Assembly (NCBI GenBank): GCA_963809895.1
Contig: CAWELD010000003.1
Coordinates: forward strand, 2,464,001 to 2,528,000
Direction: 5' to 3'
Length of the DNA: 64,000 bases
Source of the DNA: an uncultured Gemmatimonadales bacterium
GTDB taxonomy: Bacteria > Gemmatimonadota > Gemmatimonadetes > Longimicrobiales > Gaopeijiaceae
In this document: positions 56,801 through 64,000 of the stretch, piece after piece
Layout: every line of letters begins with the position of its first letter
How positions within the stretch are numbered: position 1 is the first letter of the stretch
Made by a program: the position numbers and the translations under genes
The notes under the pieces: model-generated
What the model was told of the DNA's origin: nothing
Database searches by the model: none
Seen by the model: only the letters and a program-made list of their open reading frames with translations

Positions 56801-57149
56801 CGTGCAGGTTGAGCAGGAGGTCGGCAGTCCGATACGCCTCCAGGAGTCGGTCCAGGCTCATGCCGTAGCACGCGCCGTCGTCGTGCAGCGCGTGGTAGGC
56901 CCAGGCATCGCCCAGATCGAATGGTTCCAGGAGGCGGCGCAGGAACGCCGCGGCCCGGCGGGATCCGGGATCTCCGTCGCGGCGTGTGAACATGGAGGGC
57001 GTGCGCGCGTGGGCCTCCACGTACAGCACGTCCCAGCCCAGGCGCCGAAAGCCCACCAGGTAGTGCAGCGTCTGCCACAGCACCCCGGGCACGGGCATCT
57101 TGGTGATCATCCCCAGAAGAACGATCCGCCGGCCGCCACGGCGGTTCAT
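53805..57149 (-). CDS. Multidomain atypical GT-B + GT2 + unnamed domain + sulfotransferase
   Basis: N-terminal GWFSDRSATYLAAGRP domain; GT2 (VDNGSSD, FLNNDT, FEDDD); sulfotransferase 5'-PSB IIGSPRSGTS and FIHLLREP..VVRS. Confidence 0.88.
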   Translation of the reverse strand: MNRRGGRRIVLLGMITKMPVPGVLWQTLHYLVGFRRLGWDVLYVEAHARTPSMFTRRDGDPGSRRAAAFLRRLLEPFDLGDAWAYHALHDDGACYGMSLDRLLEAYRTADLLLNLHGGTRPRPEHAATDRLVFLGTDPVQLEIELWQDRQETHEFLEAHRAWLTFGENYGGADCGLPVSDRFELRPTRQPVVLDFWEPTAEVGSAYTTVANWHQPFREIRYRHETYHWSKDREFRKFLDLPGRCGREFELALSSFKPADRALLESHGWRVREASEFSLELEPYREYLRGSRGEFTVAKDQNVRLRSGWFSDRSATYLAAGRPVVTQETGFSHVLPTGQGLFGFQDMDDILSALEVIESDHAAASRAAHEVARACFDYRVVLPRLLADVGVEGPGRSHPSPAPELGGLPPVPLDLAIEPRSRRPLRLDGATERLLLDRPLPAVGAMPALRGDPAATTRNGASVTPSASVVVVTWDNLALTRLCLESLLEHGADVPFEVVVVDNGSSDGTPGYLRALAAHDRRVRPILNPANEGFARACNVGAAAALGDVLVFLNNDTAVAPGWLDGLLVHLRDDEVGAVNPVTNRIGTEAEVADRPDTYGEYLRLARRRRVERVGEAREAAMLALFCLALRRETWRRVGPLDEEFGRGLFEDDDYSRRLTSAGYRLLCAEDVLVHHLGEASFGELVADGSYGRLFEANRRRFEAKWGCTWTRERRGPDARYRRLVERVRETVEQRLPSGSTVAVVSRGDEELVRLSGRTGWHFPNRGDGVWAGFYPGTDAEAVSHLRALRRRGADYLLLPEPAFWWLDHYDGLRVHLDREGEEIMRTEDLRLFRLNGRDPAPEPRPVLIIGSPRSGTSVLTWALGQHPNLYPLEETVWFGRLHKGLREAFELGTSRDERSQISAQGIDRDTFMRSFGRTVDGLVLAHRDWPERRVAQDNVFARARSPDDPKSRWVDGTPENSFFVDGLAELFPEARFIHLLREPAPVVRSLRAFHHIGGRPHTATEAWVRWVRHVRACLQAEETLGPARILRVLHRDLVSSPASVVRSCLEFVGEPWSEDCLLPLRRRINSSGSRPEPPGHDLPDPEVVAEAEALEAELFGALSCINPTPERGPK

Positions 57150-58987
57150 GCGCCCCCCTGGCCCGAAACGCGCAGCAGCGGCGTGGCCTCCGCCCGCGGG
57201 CCATCGTCACCGTTCTCGGCTGGGCCGGCGGTCTGCGCCTCCCACAGCCGCCGGAAGAGCCCGTCGCGGGCCAGCAGCTCCTCGGGCAGACCCTGCTCCA
57301 CGATGCGACCCTCGTCCACGACCAGGATGCGGTCGGGATTGCGGATAGTGGACAGGCGGTGGGCGATCATGAAGGTGGTGCGGCCCACCATGAGCCGGTC
57401 CAACGCGTCGAGGATGACGCCCTCGGTGCGGGAGTCGATGGACGACGTGGGCTCGTCGAGGATCAGGATGGGGGCGTCCTTGAGGAACGCCCGGGCCACC
57501 GCGATGCGTTGGCGCTCACCGCCGGACAGCCCTACGCCCTTCTCGCCGATGTCCGTGTCGTAGCCGTCGGGGAGCGCCACGATGAAGTCGTGGGCGTTGG
57601 CCGCCCGCGCCGCAGCCTCCACCGCGTCCATATCCGCGTCCAGCCGCCCGTAACGGATGTTCTCGGCGATGGTCCCGGAGAAGAGCAGCGAATCCTGCAG
57701 CACGATGCTGATCTGGGCCCTGAGGGACTCCACCTCGAGTTCCCGCAGGTCGACGCCGTCGAGCAGCACGCGCCCGGCCCCCGGGTCGTAGAAGCGCGGC
57801 AGGAGGCTCACCAGGGTGCTCTTGCCCGCGCCGGTGGGCCCCACGATACCGACCACCTCGCCGGGCGCCACGTGGAAGGACACTCCCCGCAGCGTGTGAT
57901 CACGCCCGTCGTACGTGAAGGCGACGTCTTCGAAGGCGATGCCACCTTCCACCCGATCCAGGACGGTGGCCCCGGGGAGCGATCGGATCTGGGGCTCCGT
58001 GTCCAGCAGCTCGAAGGCCATCTCCAGGGCGATGAAACGCTCCTGCAGAGAGCCCACCGTGCTGGTGATGGTCTCCAGAGGCTTGTAGATGGAGGCGATG
58101 TAGCTGAGGACCACCAGAAGATCACCGCCGGTGAGCCGACCCTGGAGGATCTGGTAGACCCCGACGCCCAGCACCAACGCCGTGCCCGCGGCGGTGGCGG
58201 TGTTGACCACGAGAGAGAACGCGGTCTGACGCACGGTCACGCCCACGCGGGCCGTCACTGCACGTTCGCCCTGGTCCCTGAAGCGCCGGTACTCGTGATC
58301 CTCCCGCCCAAAGGCGAGGATCACCCGGATCATGGACACGGCCTCGTGGATGATGGAGAGGGACTCCCCCTCCATGTTCCGCACCTCGCGCAGGCGGGGT
58401 TGGATCCGCGACACGTAGTTCCCCACGGCCAGGTAGAGGAAGGGCACGACCGTGAGGGATAGGAGCGCCAGCAGGGGGTCGATGGTGTAGGTGATCCAGA
58501 ACATCCCCACCAACGTCAGCGCGCTCTGGACCATGGGGAGGATCGCCATGACCAGGCCCGCCGCCGAGTTCGCCTGGAAGTTGATGGCGTAGATGAGGGT
58601 GCCCGACCGCTTGCGATCGTGGTATGCGAGTGACAGCCGTTGGGCGTGGCGGAACAGGTCGCTACGCAGGTCCAGGACCATGCCCTGCGAAAGGCGGGTC
58701 TCCACGTAGCTGTTCACGACCTTGAGCCCGTTTCCCACCAGCGTGAGCCCGAATCCCCCGGCCACAACGGCGATCATGAGAAGCACACGGTCGTCGGCCA
58801 GGGGCCCGAGAACCGGCTGGAGGGGGCCCGGGAGAGGATGCGTGCTCAGCACGCTGTCGAAGAGGATCTTCAGCGGCCAGGGCTGCACGAGCGCCATGAG
58901 CGAAAGGGCGACCGTGATGGTCACCGTGATGGCGGCAGACACCCAGTAGGGCTTCAGGTAGACCAGTACGCGAGGCAGATAGCGCAT
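57146..58987 (-). CDS. ABC exporter (fused TMD-NBD, MsbA/PglK-like)
   Basis: QPWPLK, GPTGAGKST, LSGGERQR, LILDEPTSSID, IAHRLS. Confidence 0.92.
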   Translation of the reverse strand: MRYLPRVLVYLKPYWVSAAITVTITVALSLMALVQPWPLKILFDSVLSTHPLPGPLQPVLGPLADDRVLLMIAVVAGGFGLTLVGNGLKVVNSYVETRLSQGMVLDLRSDLFRHAQRLSLAYHDRKRSGTLIYAINFQANSAAGLVMAILPMVQSALTLVGMFWITYTIDPLLALLSLTVVPFLYLAVGNYVSRIQPRLREVRNMEGESLSIIHEAVSMIRVILAFGREDHEYRRFRDQGERAVTARVGVTVRQTAFSLVVNTATAAGTALVLGVGVYQILQGRLTGGDLLVVLSYIASIYKPLETITSTVGSLQERFIALEMAFELLDTEPQIRSLPGATVLDRVEGGIAFEDVAFTYDGRDHTLRGVSFHVAPGEVVGIVGPTGAGKSTLVSLLPRFYDPGAGRVLLDGVDLRELEVESLRAQISIVLQDSLLFSGTIAENIRYGRLDADMDAVEAAARAANAHDFIVALPDGYDTDIGEKGVGLSGGERQRIAVARAFLKDAPILILDEPTSSIDSRTEGVILDALDRLMVGRTTFMIAHRLSTIRNPDRILVVDEGRIVEQGLPEELLARDGLFRRLWEAQTAGPAENGDDGPRAEATPLLRVSGQGGA

Positions 58988-58988
58988 G

Positions 58989-61583
58989 TCAGCCCGCTGC
59001 CTGTAGCCAGGTGCGGCGCTGGACGGGAGCCGCGGGCGTCGGCTCCTCTCCCGACGGTCGCGCGTCCGCTTCGGCGGGATCGGCGAGCACGTCGTCCACG
59101 GCCCCGTGGACGGCCGCGCTCAGGGCGGCGGCGGCGGTCCCGGTCTCCCAGATCGCGCGCACCGCGCCGACCAGGGCGGTTCCACCGAGCAGGACCGCGA
59201 CTCCGGTGGCGCCATCGGCCAGCCCCCATAGTCCCAGCCCCCCGCCCAACACGACCAACGCCCAGGTCACGCCCCTGAGACGTGGCTCCAGCGCGAAGCG
59301 CAACACCTGTTGGCCCTGCTCGTGCCACTCGGCACAGCTCCGCAAGCGGACGGCGCCCATGGCGCCGCCCTCCACCTCCAGGTCCCAGCGATCCCAACCG
59401 TCGTCGCGGCGCACCACGCACCCCCAATCGGTGAGGGTCCGCTCCACCTGAGCCAGAAGACGCGGCAACGCCACCCCGTCGTCACGCCAGAATCTGAGCC
59501 GCATGGCACGGGGCCACAGGAAGCGCGTCGTCCGCGCCCGGGCACGCCACGGCACGAGCCCACGCAGCCAACGACCCTTGAGACGGGCCAGGGGCTGCAT
59601 CAGGTGAAGAAGTGCCGTCAGCCGCCGGTGGCGGATCTCATCCCGGGCGTCGGGGAACGGGCGTTGGAAGCGCGCTCGCGAGGCCCCCACCCAGGCCCGC
59701 ACAACCGTGGTGCCCGCGCCGACGACGAGGAGGGGTGCCGCTGCCAACAGCGGCGGCCAGGAGAGCCCGATGACCGACAGGACCGCCAGCACCGCGAGAA
59801 CCAGATACCATTCGGGCATGGCGGCGGCCTGCCACAACAGGCTGGGTCCCGGATCCTCGCGGTGCTGGAAGGGAGCCTGCCCCCAGGTGCCGCCGTAGAC
59901 CCTCGCTCGCTTGAACGGAAGCACGAGCGGGCCCTGCCCGTACACGCGGCCGCCCCAGGTCACGTGACCGACGACGTTGTATTTCTCGGGCCACTTGGCC
60001 TCCAGCAGGGCCTCGGCTGCGCCGTACCCGCACTGCTGCCGCCAGTAACCTCGCACGGTGCCCCTGGGCTGGTGCCACACCACGGCGCCGGGATTGAAGC
60101 CGATGCGCCACCCCCGCGCTTCGATGCGCCAGCACAGATCCACGTCGTCGCCCGCGACCCGGAAACGCGGGTCGAAGCCGCCGAGCTCCAGGAGCGCCGA
60201 ACGCCGAAAGGCCATGTTGCACCCTGGAATGTGCTCCGCCTCGCGATCCGTCCTCAGCACGTGGATGGGGCCGCCCGGGGCGTTGGCCACACACGCGCCC
60301 ACCATGTCCTGCCCGGGCGGGGGGATGTTGGGTCCGCCCACACCGACCACGTCCGACGACTCGAAGGTGCGCGCCAGGTGGGTCAGCCAGTCGGGATCCG
60401 GCCAGGCGTCGGCGTCGATGAACGCCACGATGTCACCGCGGGCCTCCTGGATGCCGGTGTTGCGCGCGCGGCTGAGCCCTCGGTTGCGCGTTCGGATGAG
60501 CCGCACGGGGTGGCGGACGGCGATGGACGCCGTGTCGTCGCTGGAACCGTCGTCGACGACGATGACCTCGAAGTCCGGATAGTCCAGGCGCGCGATCCCC
60601 CGGAGGCAGGCATCCAGCGTGTCGGCAGCATCGTAGGCGCACACGACCACGGAGATCCGCGGCCAGTCCACACCCTCCAGCGGATCCGGCTCCGCGAACG
60701 TGCGACTCACCGCGTGCAGCGCGGGCTTGGGGCTCCGATCCCGTCGCGTCAGGCCGAACTCCCAGTCCTCCACGTCGCGGCCACCGCGGTGCCACTCGTC
60801 GGTCCAAGCGAAGGCGAACGAACCGGCACACCCCGCCGTCTCCACGGCTCTCAGGTGACTCGACAGGATGCGAGCCTGCTCGGAGAGCCCGTTGCGCCGG
60901 CTGTCCAGGCCGAGCTCCGCCACCAGCAGGGGACGATCCGCCGCCAGGTTCTGAAGGCGGGCCAGATACGCGCTCAGTCGGGGCGTCGATTCCAGATAGA
61001 CGTTGAAGGACAGGAAATCCAGGAACGGAAGGTCCAGGTATTCCGTGGACGGGTAGTTGGCGTAGGTGACCAGCGCTTCCGGGTCGACCTCCTTCGCCGC
61101 TTCGAACAGCATGTGGATGTGACGCTCCACCCTGCGGCGGCCGGACCAGCGCACGATGGGCGCCGGCACCTCGTTCCCCACGGCGTACGCCAGGACCGCC
61201 TGATGCCCGCGGCAGCGGAGCACCCCGTCACGGATGCGGGCCTGGATGGTACGCCCCAGTCCCGGCTCGTCCAGGAAGGAGACGTGCTGCTCCCAGGGAA
61301 TCCCCACCAGGAGCCGGAGCCCTGCCTCGGCCGCTTGGTCCAGGAGCCACTCCGGCGGCACGGTGTAGGTGCGCACCGCGTTGAAGCCCGCGCGGACCAT
61401 GGCGTCGAAGTCCGAGGCGACCGTCGCCGGCTCAGGGAACGGCTCCCCGAAGCGTCCGGGCCGGAAGGTGCCGTAGGTGACCCCCCGAACGAGGAGCTTC
61501 CGCCCTCCGACGTAGATGAACTTGCCGTGGGCCCGTGGGCGGGCGTCGCCCTGCGCCGGGGCCCCCATGACGGCTACCGCCAT
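58989..61583 (-). CDS. Clan GH-A (GH2-like) TIM barrel fused to GT2 and membrane helices
   Basis: VRGVTYG, NAVRTY, YAVGNEVP (acid/base), LVAELGLDS (nucleophile), FAWTDEW; GT2 VVDDGSSD, FIDAD, GCNMAFR, GDDVD, QQCGYG; C-terminal TMs. Confidence 0.85.
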   Translation of the reverse strand: MAVAVMGAPAQGDARPRAHGKFIYVGGRKLLVRGVTYGTFRPGRFGEPFPEPATVASDFDAMVRAGFNAVRTYTVPPEWLLDQAAEAGLRLLVGIPWEQHVSFLDEPGLGRTIQARIRDGVLRCRGHQAVLAYAVGNEVPAPIVRWSGRRRVERHIHMLFEAAKEVDPEALVTYANYPSTEYLDLPFLDFLSFNVYLESTPRLSAYLARLQNLAADRPLLVAELGLDSRRNGLSEQARILSSHLRAVETAGCAGSFAFAWTDEWHRGGRDVEDWEFGLTRRDRSPKPALHAVSRTFAEPDPLEGVDWPRISVVVCAYDAADTLDACLRGIARLDYPDFEVIVVDDGSSDDTASIAVRHPVRLIRTRNRGLSRARNTGIQEARGDIVAFIDADAWPDPDWLTHLARTFESSDVVGVGGPNIPPPGQDMVGACVANAPGGPIHVLRTDREAEHIPGCNMAFRRSALLELGGFDPRFRVAGDDVDLCWRIEARGWRIGFNPGAVVWHQPRGTVRGYWRQQCGYGAAEALLEAKWPEKYNVVGHVTWGGRVYGQGPLVLPFKRARVYGGTWGQAPFQHREDPGPSLLWQAAAMPEWYLVLAVLAVLSVIGLSWPPLLAAAPLLVVGAGTTVVRAWVGASRARFQRPFPDARDEIRHRRLTALLHLMQPLARLKGRWLRGLVPWRARARTTRFLWPRAMRLRFWRDDGVALPRLLAQVERTLTDWGCVVRRDDGWDRWDLEVEGGAMGAVRLRSCAEWHEQGQQVLRFALEPRLRGVTWALVVLGGGLGLWGLADGATGVAVLLGGTALVGAVRAIWETGTAAAALSAAVHGAVDDVLADPAEADARPSGEEPTPAAPVQRRTWLQAAG

Positions 61584-61651
61584 GTCCGGCTCGCCAACCT
61601 GATCGACAACGTCTCCTCCCCTGCTTCGGTCCCACGAGGCACCTCAGCGGG

Positions 61652-61667
61652 CGCAAGCCATGTGCCA
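61652..61667 (-). promoter_or_regulatory. Sigma-54 promoter of the glyco-operon
   Basis: Minus strand TGGCAC-ATGGC-TTGCG, about 70 bp upstream of the ATG at 61583. Confidence 0.75.
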
Positions 61668-61849
61668 CCGCGGCTCGCGACGGCATGACCGGGACGCCAC
61701 CGCTCTCGGGACACGAGTGACGGCGGTGGACTCCGCTGAGGCTGTCGTTCGGGATCGCTCGGGGGTGGGACCGGCTGGGGAGACATCCTCCCCTACGCTG
61801 CCACCGATGGGCCGGCGCCTTGGGCGCCGCTGCCGACCGGGCGAGCCGG

Positions 61850-61865
61850 TGGCACCGCTCCTGCA
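61850..61865 (+). promoter_or_regulatory. Sigma-54-like promoter of the rml operon
   Basis: Plus strand TGGCAC-CGCTC-CTGCA with correct GG-N10-GC spacing. Confidence 0.6.
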
Positions 61866-62071
61866 GCCGTTCCCTCACGAGCGCCGAGAGACCGGCCTGC
61901 GGTGCCGGAGGCACATGGCCTCCGAACCTCAACGCTAGGGTCGCTACGCGCTCCTCGGCAAGAGCCTTCTGGAAACGAGTTCGTGGCGAAGACGAGTCGA
62001 TGTGCTTCATCGTTTCACAGGACGTGCATCGATTCGAGTCACCCCTTTCAGCCCTCGGGAGCCCTGCACGC

Positions 62072-62947
62072 ATGAAGGTCCTGGTCACCGGCGCCGCCGG
62101 CCTCTTGGGCCGCGCGGTGGTGCGTGAAGCCAGCCGCCGCAGACACACGGTGGTGGCCGCCACTCGAGACGTCCTGGACGTGACCGATGGCGAGGCCTGC
62201 ACCTGGACGATGATAGCGCACCGACCCGACGTGGTGGTGCACTGCGCGGCCTACACGGCCGTGGACCGCGCCGAATCGGAGCCCGACGAGGCGACGGCCG
62301 TGAACCGTGACGGCACGCGCAACGTAGTGGACGCCGCCGATGCCGTGGGTGCGCGCGTCGTGTATCCCAGTACCGACTACGTGTTCGATGGCGCTGCCCG
62401 GACCCCGTACAGACCCCACGCCCCCACCGCACCGCTGAGCGTGTACGGGGCCTCGAAGCTGGCTGGAGAGGAGGAGGTACGCCGGTCCGCGGACGCAGAA
62501 CATCATCTGATCGTGCGCACGAGCTGGCTCTACGGTGACGGGGGACCGAACTTCGTCGACACCGTTCGCGGCCTCGCCGCCCGCGGGCGGGAGCTGCGGG
62601 TGGTCGCGGATCAACGGGGCCGGCCCACCTGGTCCGCCACCCTGGCCGAAACCGTGCTCGACCTGCTGGACCGCGGGGCGTCGGGGACGCTGCACGCCTG
62701 CGATGCGGGCACGGCGAGCTGGTTCGAGCTGGCCGAGGCTGTGACCCGTCTGGCCGGCACGCCCGCGACGCTGGTTCCGGTCTCGGCCGAGGACTACGGC
62801 GCCCCCGCTCCACGCCCCTCCTACTCGGTTCTGGACCTGGCCGACACCGAGGCCGTGCTGGGACGGCCTCTTCCCGATTGGACCCGCTCGTTGGAACGCT
62901 ATCTGGACGAGCCGAACGACCGCACCGACCCGAGAGGTTCCCCATGA
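62072..62947 (+). CDS. rmlD: dTDP-4-dehydrorhamnose reductase
   Basis: MKVLVTGAAGLLG, HCAAYTAVDRAE, STDYVFDG, YGASKLAGE, VRTSWLY, DQRGRPT, PAPRPSYSVL. Confidence 0.95.
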   Translation: MKVLVTGAAGLLGRAVVREASRRRHTVVAATRDVLDVTDGEACTWTMIAHRPDVVVHCAAYTAVDRAESEPDEATAVNRDGTRNVVDAADAVGARVVYPSTDYVFDGAARTPYRPHAPTAPLSVYGASKLAGEEEVRRSADAEHHLIVRTSWLYGDGGPNFVDTVRGLAARGRELRVVADQRGRPTWSATLAETVLDLLDRGASGTLHACDAGTASWFELAEAVTRLAGTPATLVPVSAEDYGAPAPRPSYSVLDLADTEAVLGRPLPDWTRSLERYLDEPNDRTDPRGSP

Positions 62948-63714
62948 AAGGCGTTATCCTGGCCGGAGGCCTGGGCACACGGCTGCACCCCATGACCCGG
63001 GTCACCAACAAGCACCTGCTGCCGGTCTACGACCGACCCATGGTCTACTATCCCATCCAGCAGCTGGTGCACGCCGGGGTGGAGCGGATCCTCGTGGTCA
63101 CGGGCGGAGACGGTGCCGGCGATTTCTTGAGGCTCCTGGGCAACGGCGCCTGCTTCGGTCTCCGCCACATGGACTACACGTACCAGGAAGGGGAAGGCGG
63201 CATCGCCGAGGCGCTGGGTCTGGCCGAGCACTTCGCCGACGGCGAGCCCATCGTGGTGATCCTCGGAGACAACGTCTTCCAGGATCCCATCGCGCCGGCG
63301 ATCCGCGCCTACGAACGCCACAAGGGCGGCGGCATGATCCTGCTGAAGGAGGTGGAGGACCCCGAACGCTTCGGCGTGGCGCGCCTCGACGGCGACCGCA
63401 TCGTCGAAATCGTCGAGAAGCCGTCGCGTCCGCCCAGCCGACTGGCGGTGACGGGATGCTACATCTACGACTCGCGTGTCTTCGACATCATTCGCACGCT
63501 GGCGCCGTCGGAGCGGGGAGAGCTGGAGATCACCGACGTGAACAATCGCTACCTGGGATGGGGCGAACTTCACCATCACGTGCTGGAAGGATGGTGGACC
63601 GACGCCGGCACCATCCGCTCGCTGTATCGCGCCACACGACTGGTGGCCGAGGACGAGGGCAATCCGGTGCTCCGCTCGGAGCGCGCGGTGGACGCCTCGG
63701 TGGCGGCGGACTGA
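62944..63714 (+). CDS. rmlA: Glucose-1-phosphate thymidylyltransferase (short form)
   Basis: GVILAGGLGTRLHPMT, NKHLLPVYD, ILGDN, RFGVA, EKP, RGELEITD, WTDAGT. Confidence 0.9.
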   Translation: MKGVILAGGLGTRLHPMTRVTNKHLLPVYDRPMVYYPIQQLVHAGVERILVVTGGDGAGDFLRLLGNGACFGLRHMDYTYQEGEGGIAEALGLAEHFADGEPIVVILGDNVFQDPIAPAIRAYERHKGGGMILLKEVEDPERFGVARLDGDRIVEIVEKPSRPPSRLAVTGCYIYDSRVFDIIRTLAPSERGELEITDVNNRYLGWGELHHHVLEGWWTDAGTIRSLYRATRLVAEDEGNPVLRSERAVDASVAAD

Positions 63715-64000
63715 TGGCGGTCTCCGACGGTGTTGTTGGCGGGGTCGAGGGACTCGACGTGAGGGAGGCCGCGCTACCGGGGGTGATGGTGCTCGAGCCC
63801 AGGCGATACCGGGACGGGCGCGGGTTCTTCTCCGAGACGTTCTCGGTCTCCCGACTTCGATCGCTCGGCGTGGAGCTGGACTTCATCCAGGACAATCATT
63901 CGGTGTCGGCGACTCCGTGGACGCTCAGGGGCTTCCACTTCCAGGCTCCACCCCACGATCAGGCGAAACTGGTCCGGGTGGTCCGTGGCGCGATCCTGGA
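63714..64000 (+). CDS. rmlC: dTDP-4-dehydrorhamnose 3,5-epimerase, partial
   Basis: Manual translation from the TGATG overlap: ...LEPRRYRDGRGFFSETF...QDNHSVS..TLRGFHFQAPPHDQAKLVRVVRGAIL. Confidence 0.93.
   Translation, partial: MAVSDGVVGGVEGLDVREAALPGVMVLEPRRYRDGRGFFSETFSVSRLRSLGVELDFIQDNHSVSATPWTLRGFHFQAPPHDQAKLVRVVRGAIL

Noticed and set aside
53739..57563. 1274-aa plus-strand ORF and similar long antisense ORFs (6858-8903, 17369-19282, 46891-48738, 59310-61688)
   Set aside because: They mirror well-supported minus-strand genes and carry no recognisable domains.
61584..62071. JUMPstart/ops element or small CDS in the long intergenic region
   Set aside because: No GGCGGTAG ops motif seen; the short ORFs lack an RBS and coding bias.
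1..64000. CRISPR arrays, tRNA/rRNA genes, transposases, integrases, prophage genes
   Set aside because: No regularly spaced repeats, RNA-gene signatures or mobile-element proteins recognised by eye. Possible foreign origin of 43-64 kb could not be tested without a codon-usage calculation.

Overview
Very GC-rich, gene-dense bacterial DNA. The gene repertoire (PadR + ADOP permease, TolB-like/TPR membrane protein, DUF5916, DUF3108, PorX-like REC-PglZ, CPQ-like M28 peptidase) suggests Gemmatimonadota; this is inference. Left part: thiolase, CocE/NonD hydrolase, pilT, a degenerate MshEN-PilB-like protein, Zn-ribbon/TPR hypotheticals and a lone hydantoinase-B subunit. Next is an envelope locus: two OpsX-like GT9 genes around a Kdo kinase, an ICMT/LmtA-like methyltransferase, DUF3108, GT2, lpxL, msbA, mprF, acvB and a porX-like gene. 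The middle holds PadR-ADOP, a 10-gene Mrp Na+/H+ antiporter operon, an M28 peptidase and several secreted proteins. The most interesting element is an 18.4-kb, nine-gene, translationally coupled minus-strand operon (43152-61583) behind a sigma-54-type promoter, divergent from a second sigma-54-type promoter for rmlD-rmlA-rmlC. It encodes a GH-A+GT2 fusion, an ABC exporter, four copies of an atypical GT-B domain, two more GT2s and a GT4, a sulfotransferase, a degenerate methyltransferase, an APH-fold kinase with HGE instead of HGD, a CBM9/DUF5916 outer-membrane protein, and three copies of an unnamed ~100-aa domain. It looks like an uncharacterised system for making and exporting a modified glycan. 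No rRNA, tRNA, CRISPR array or mobile element was recognised. Product calls come from motif recognition by eye, not database searches.
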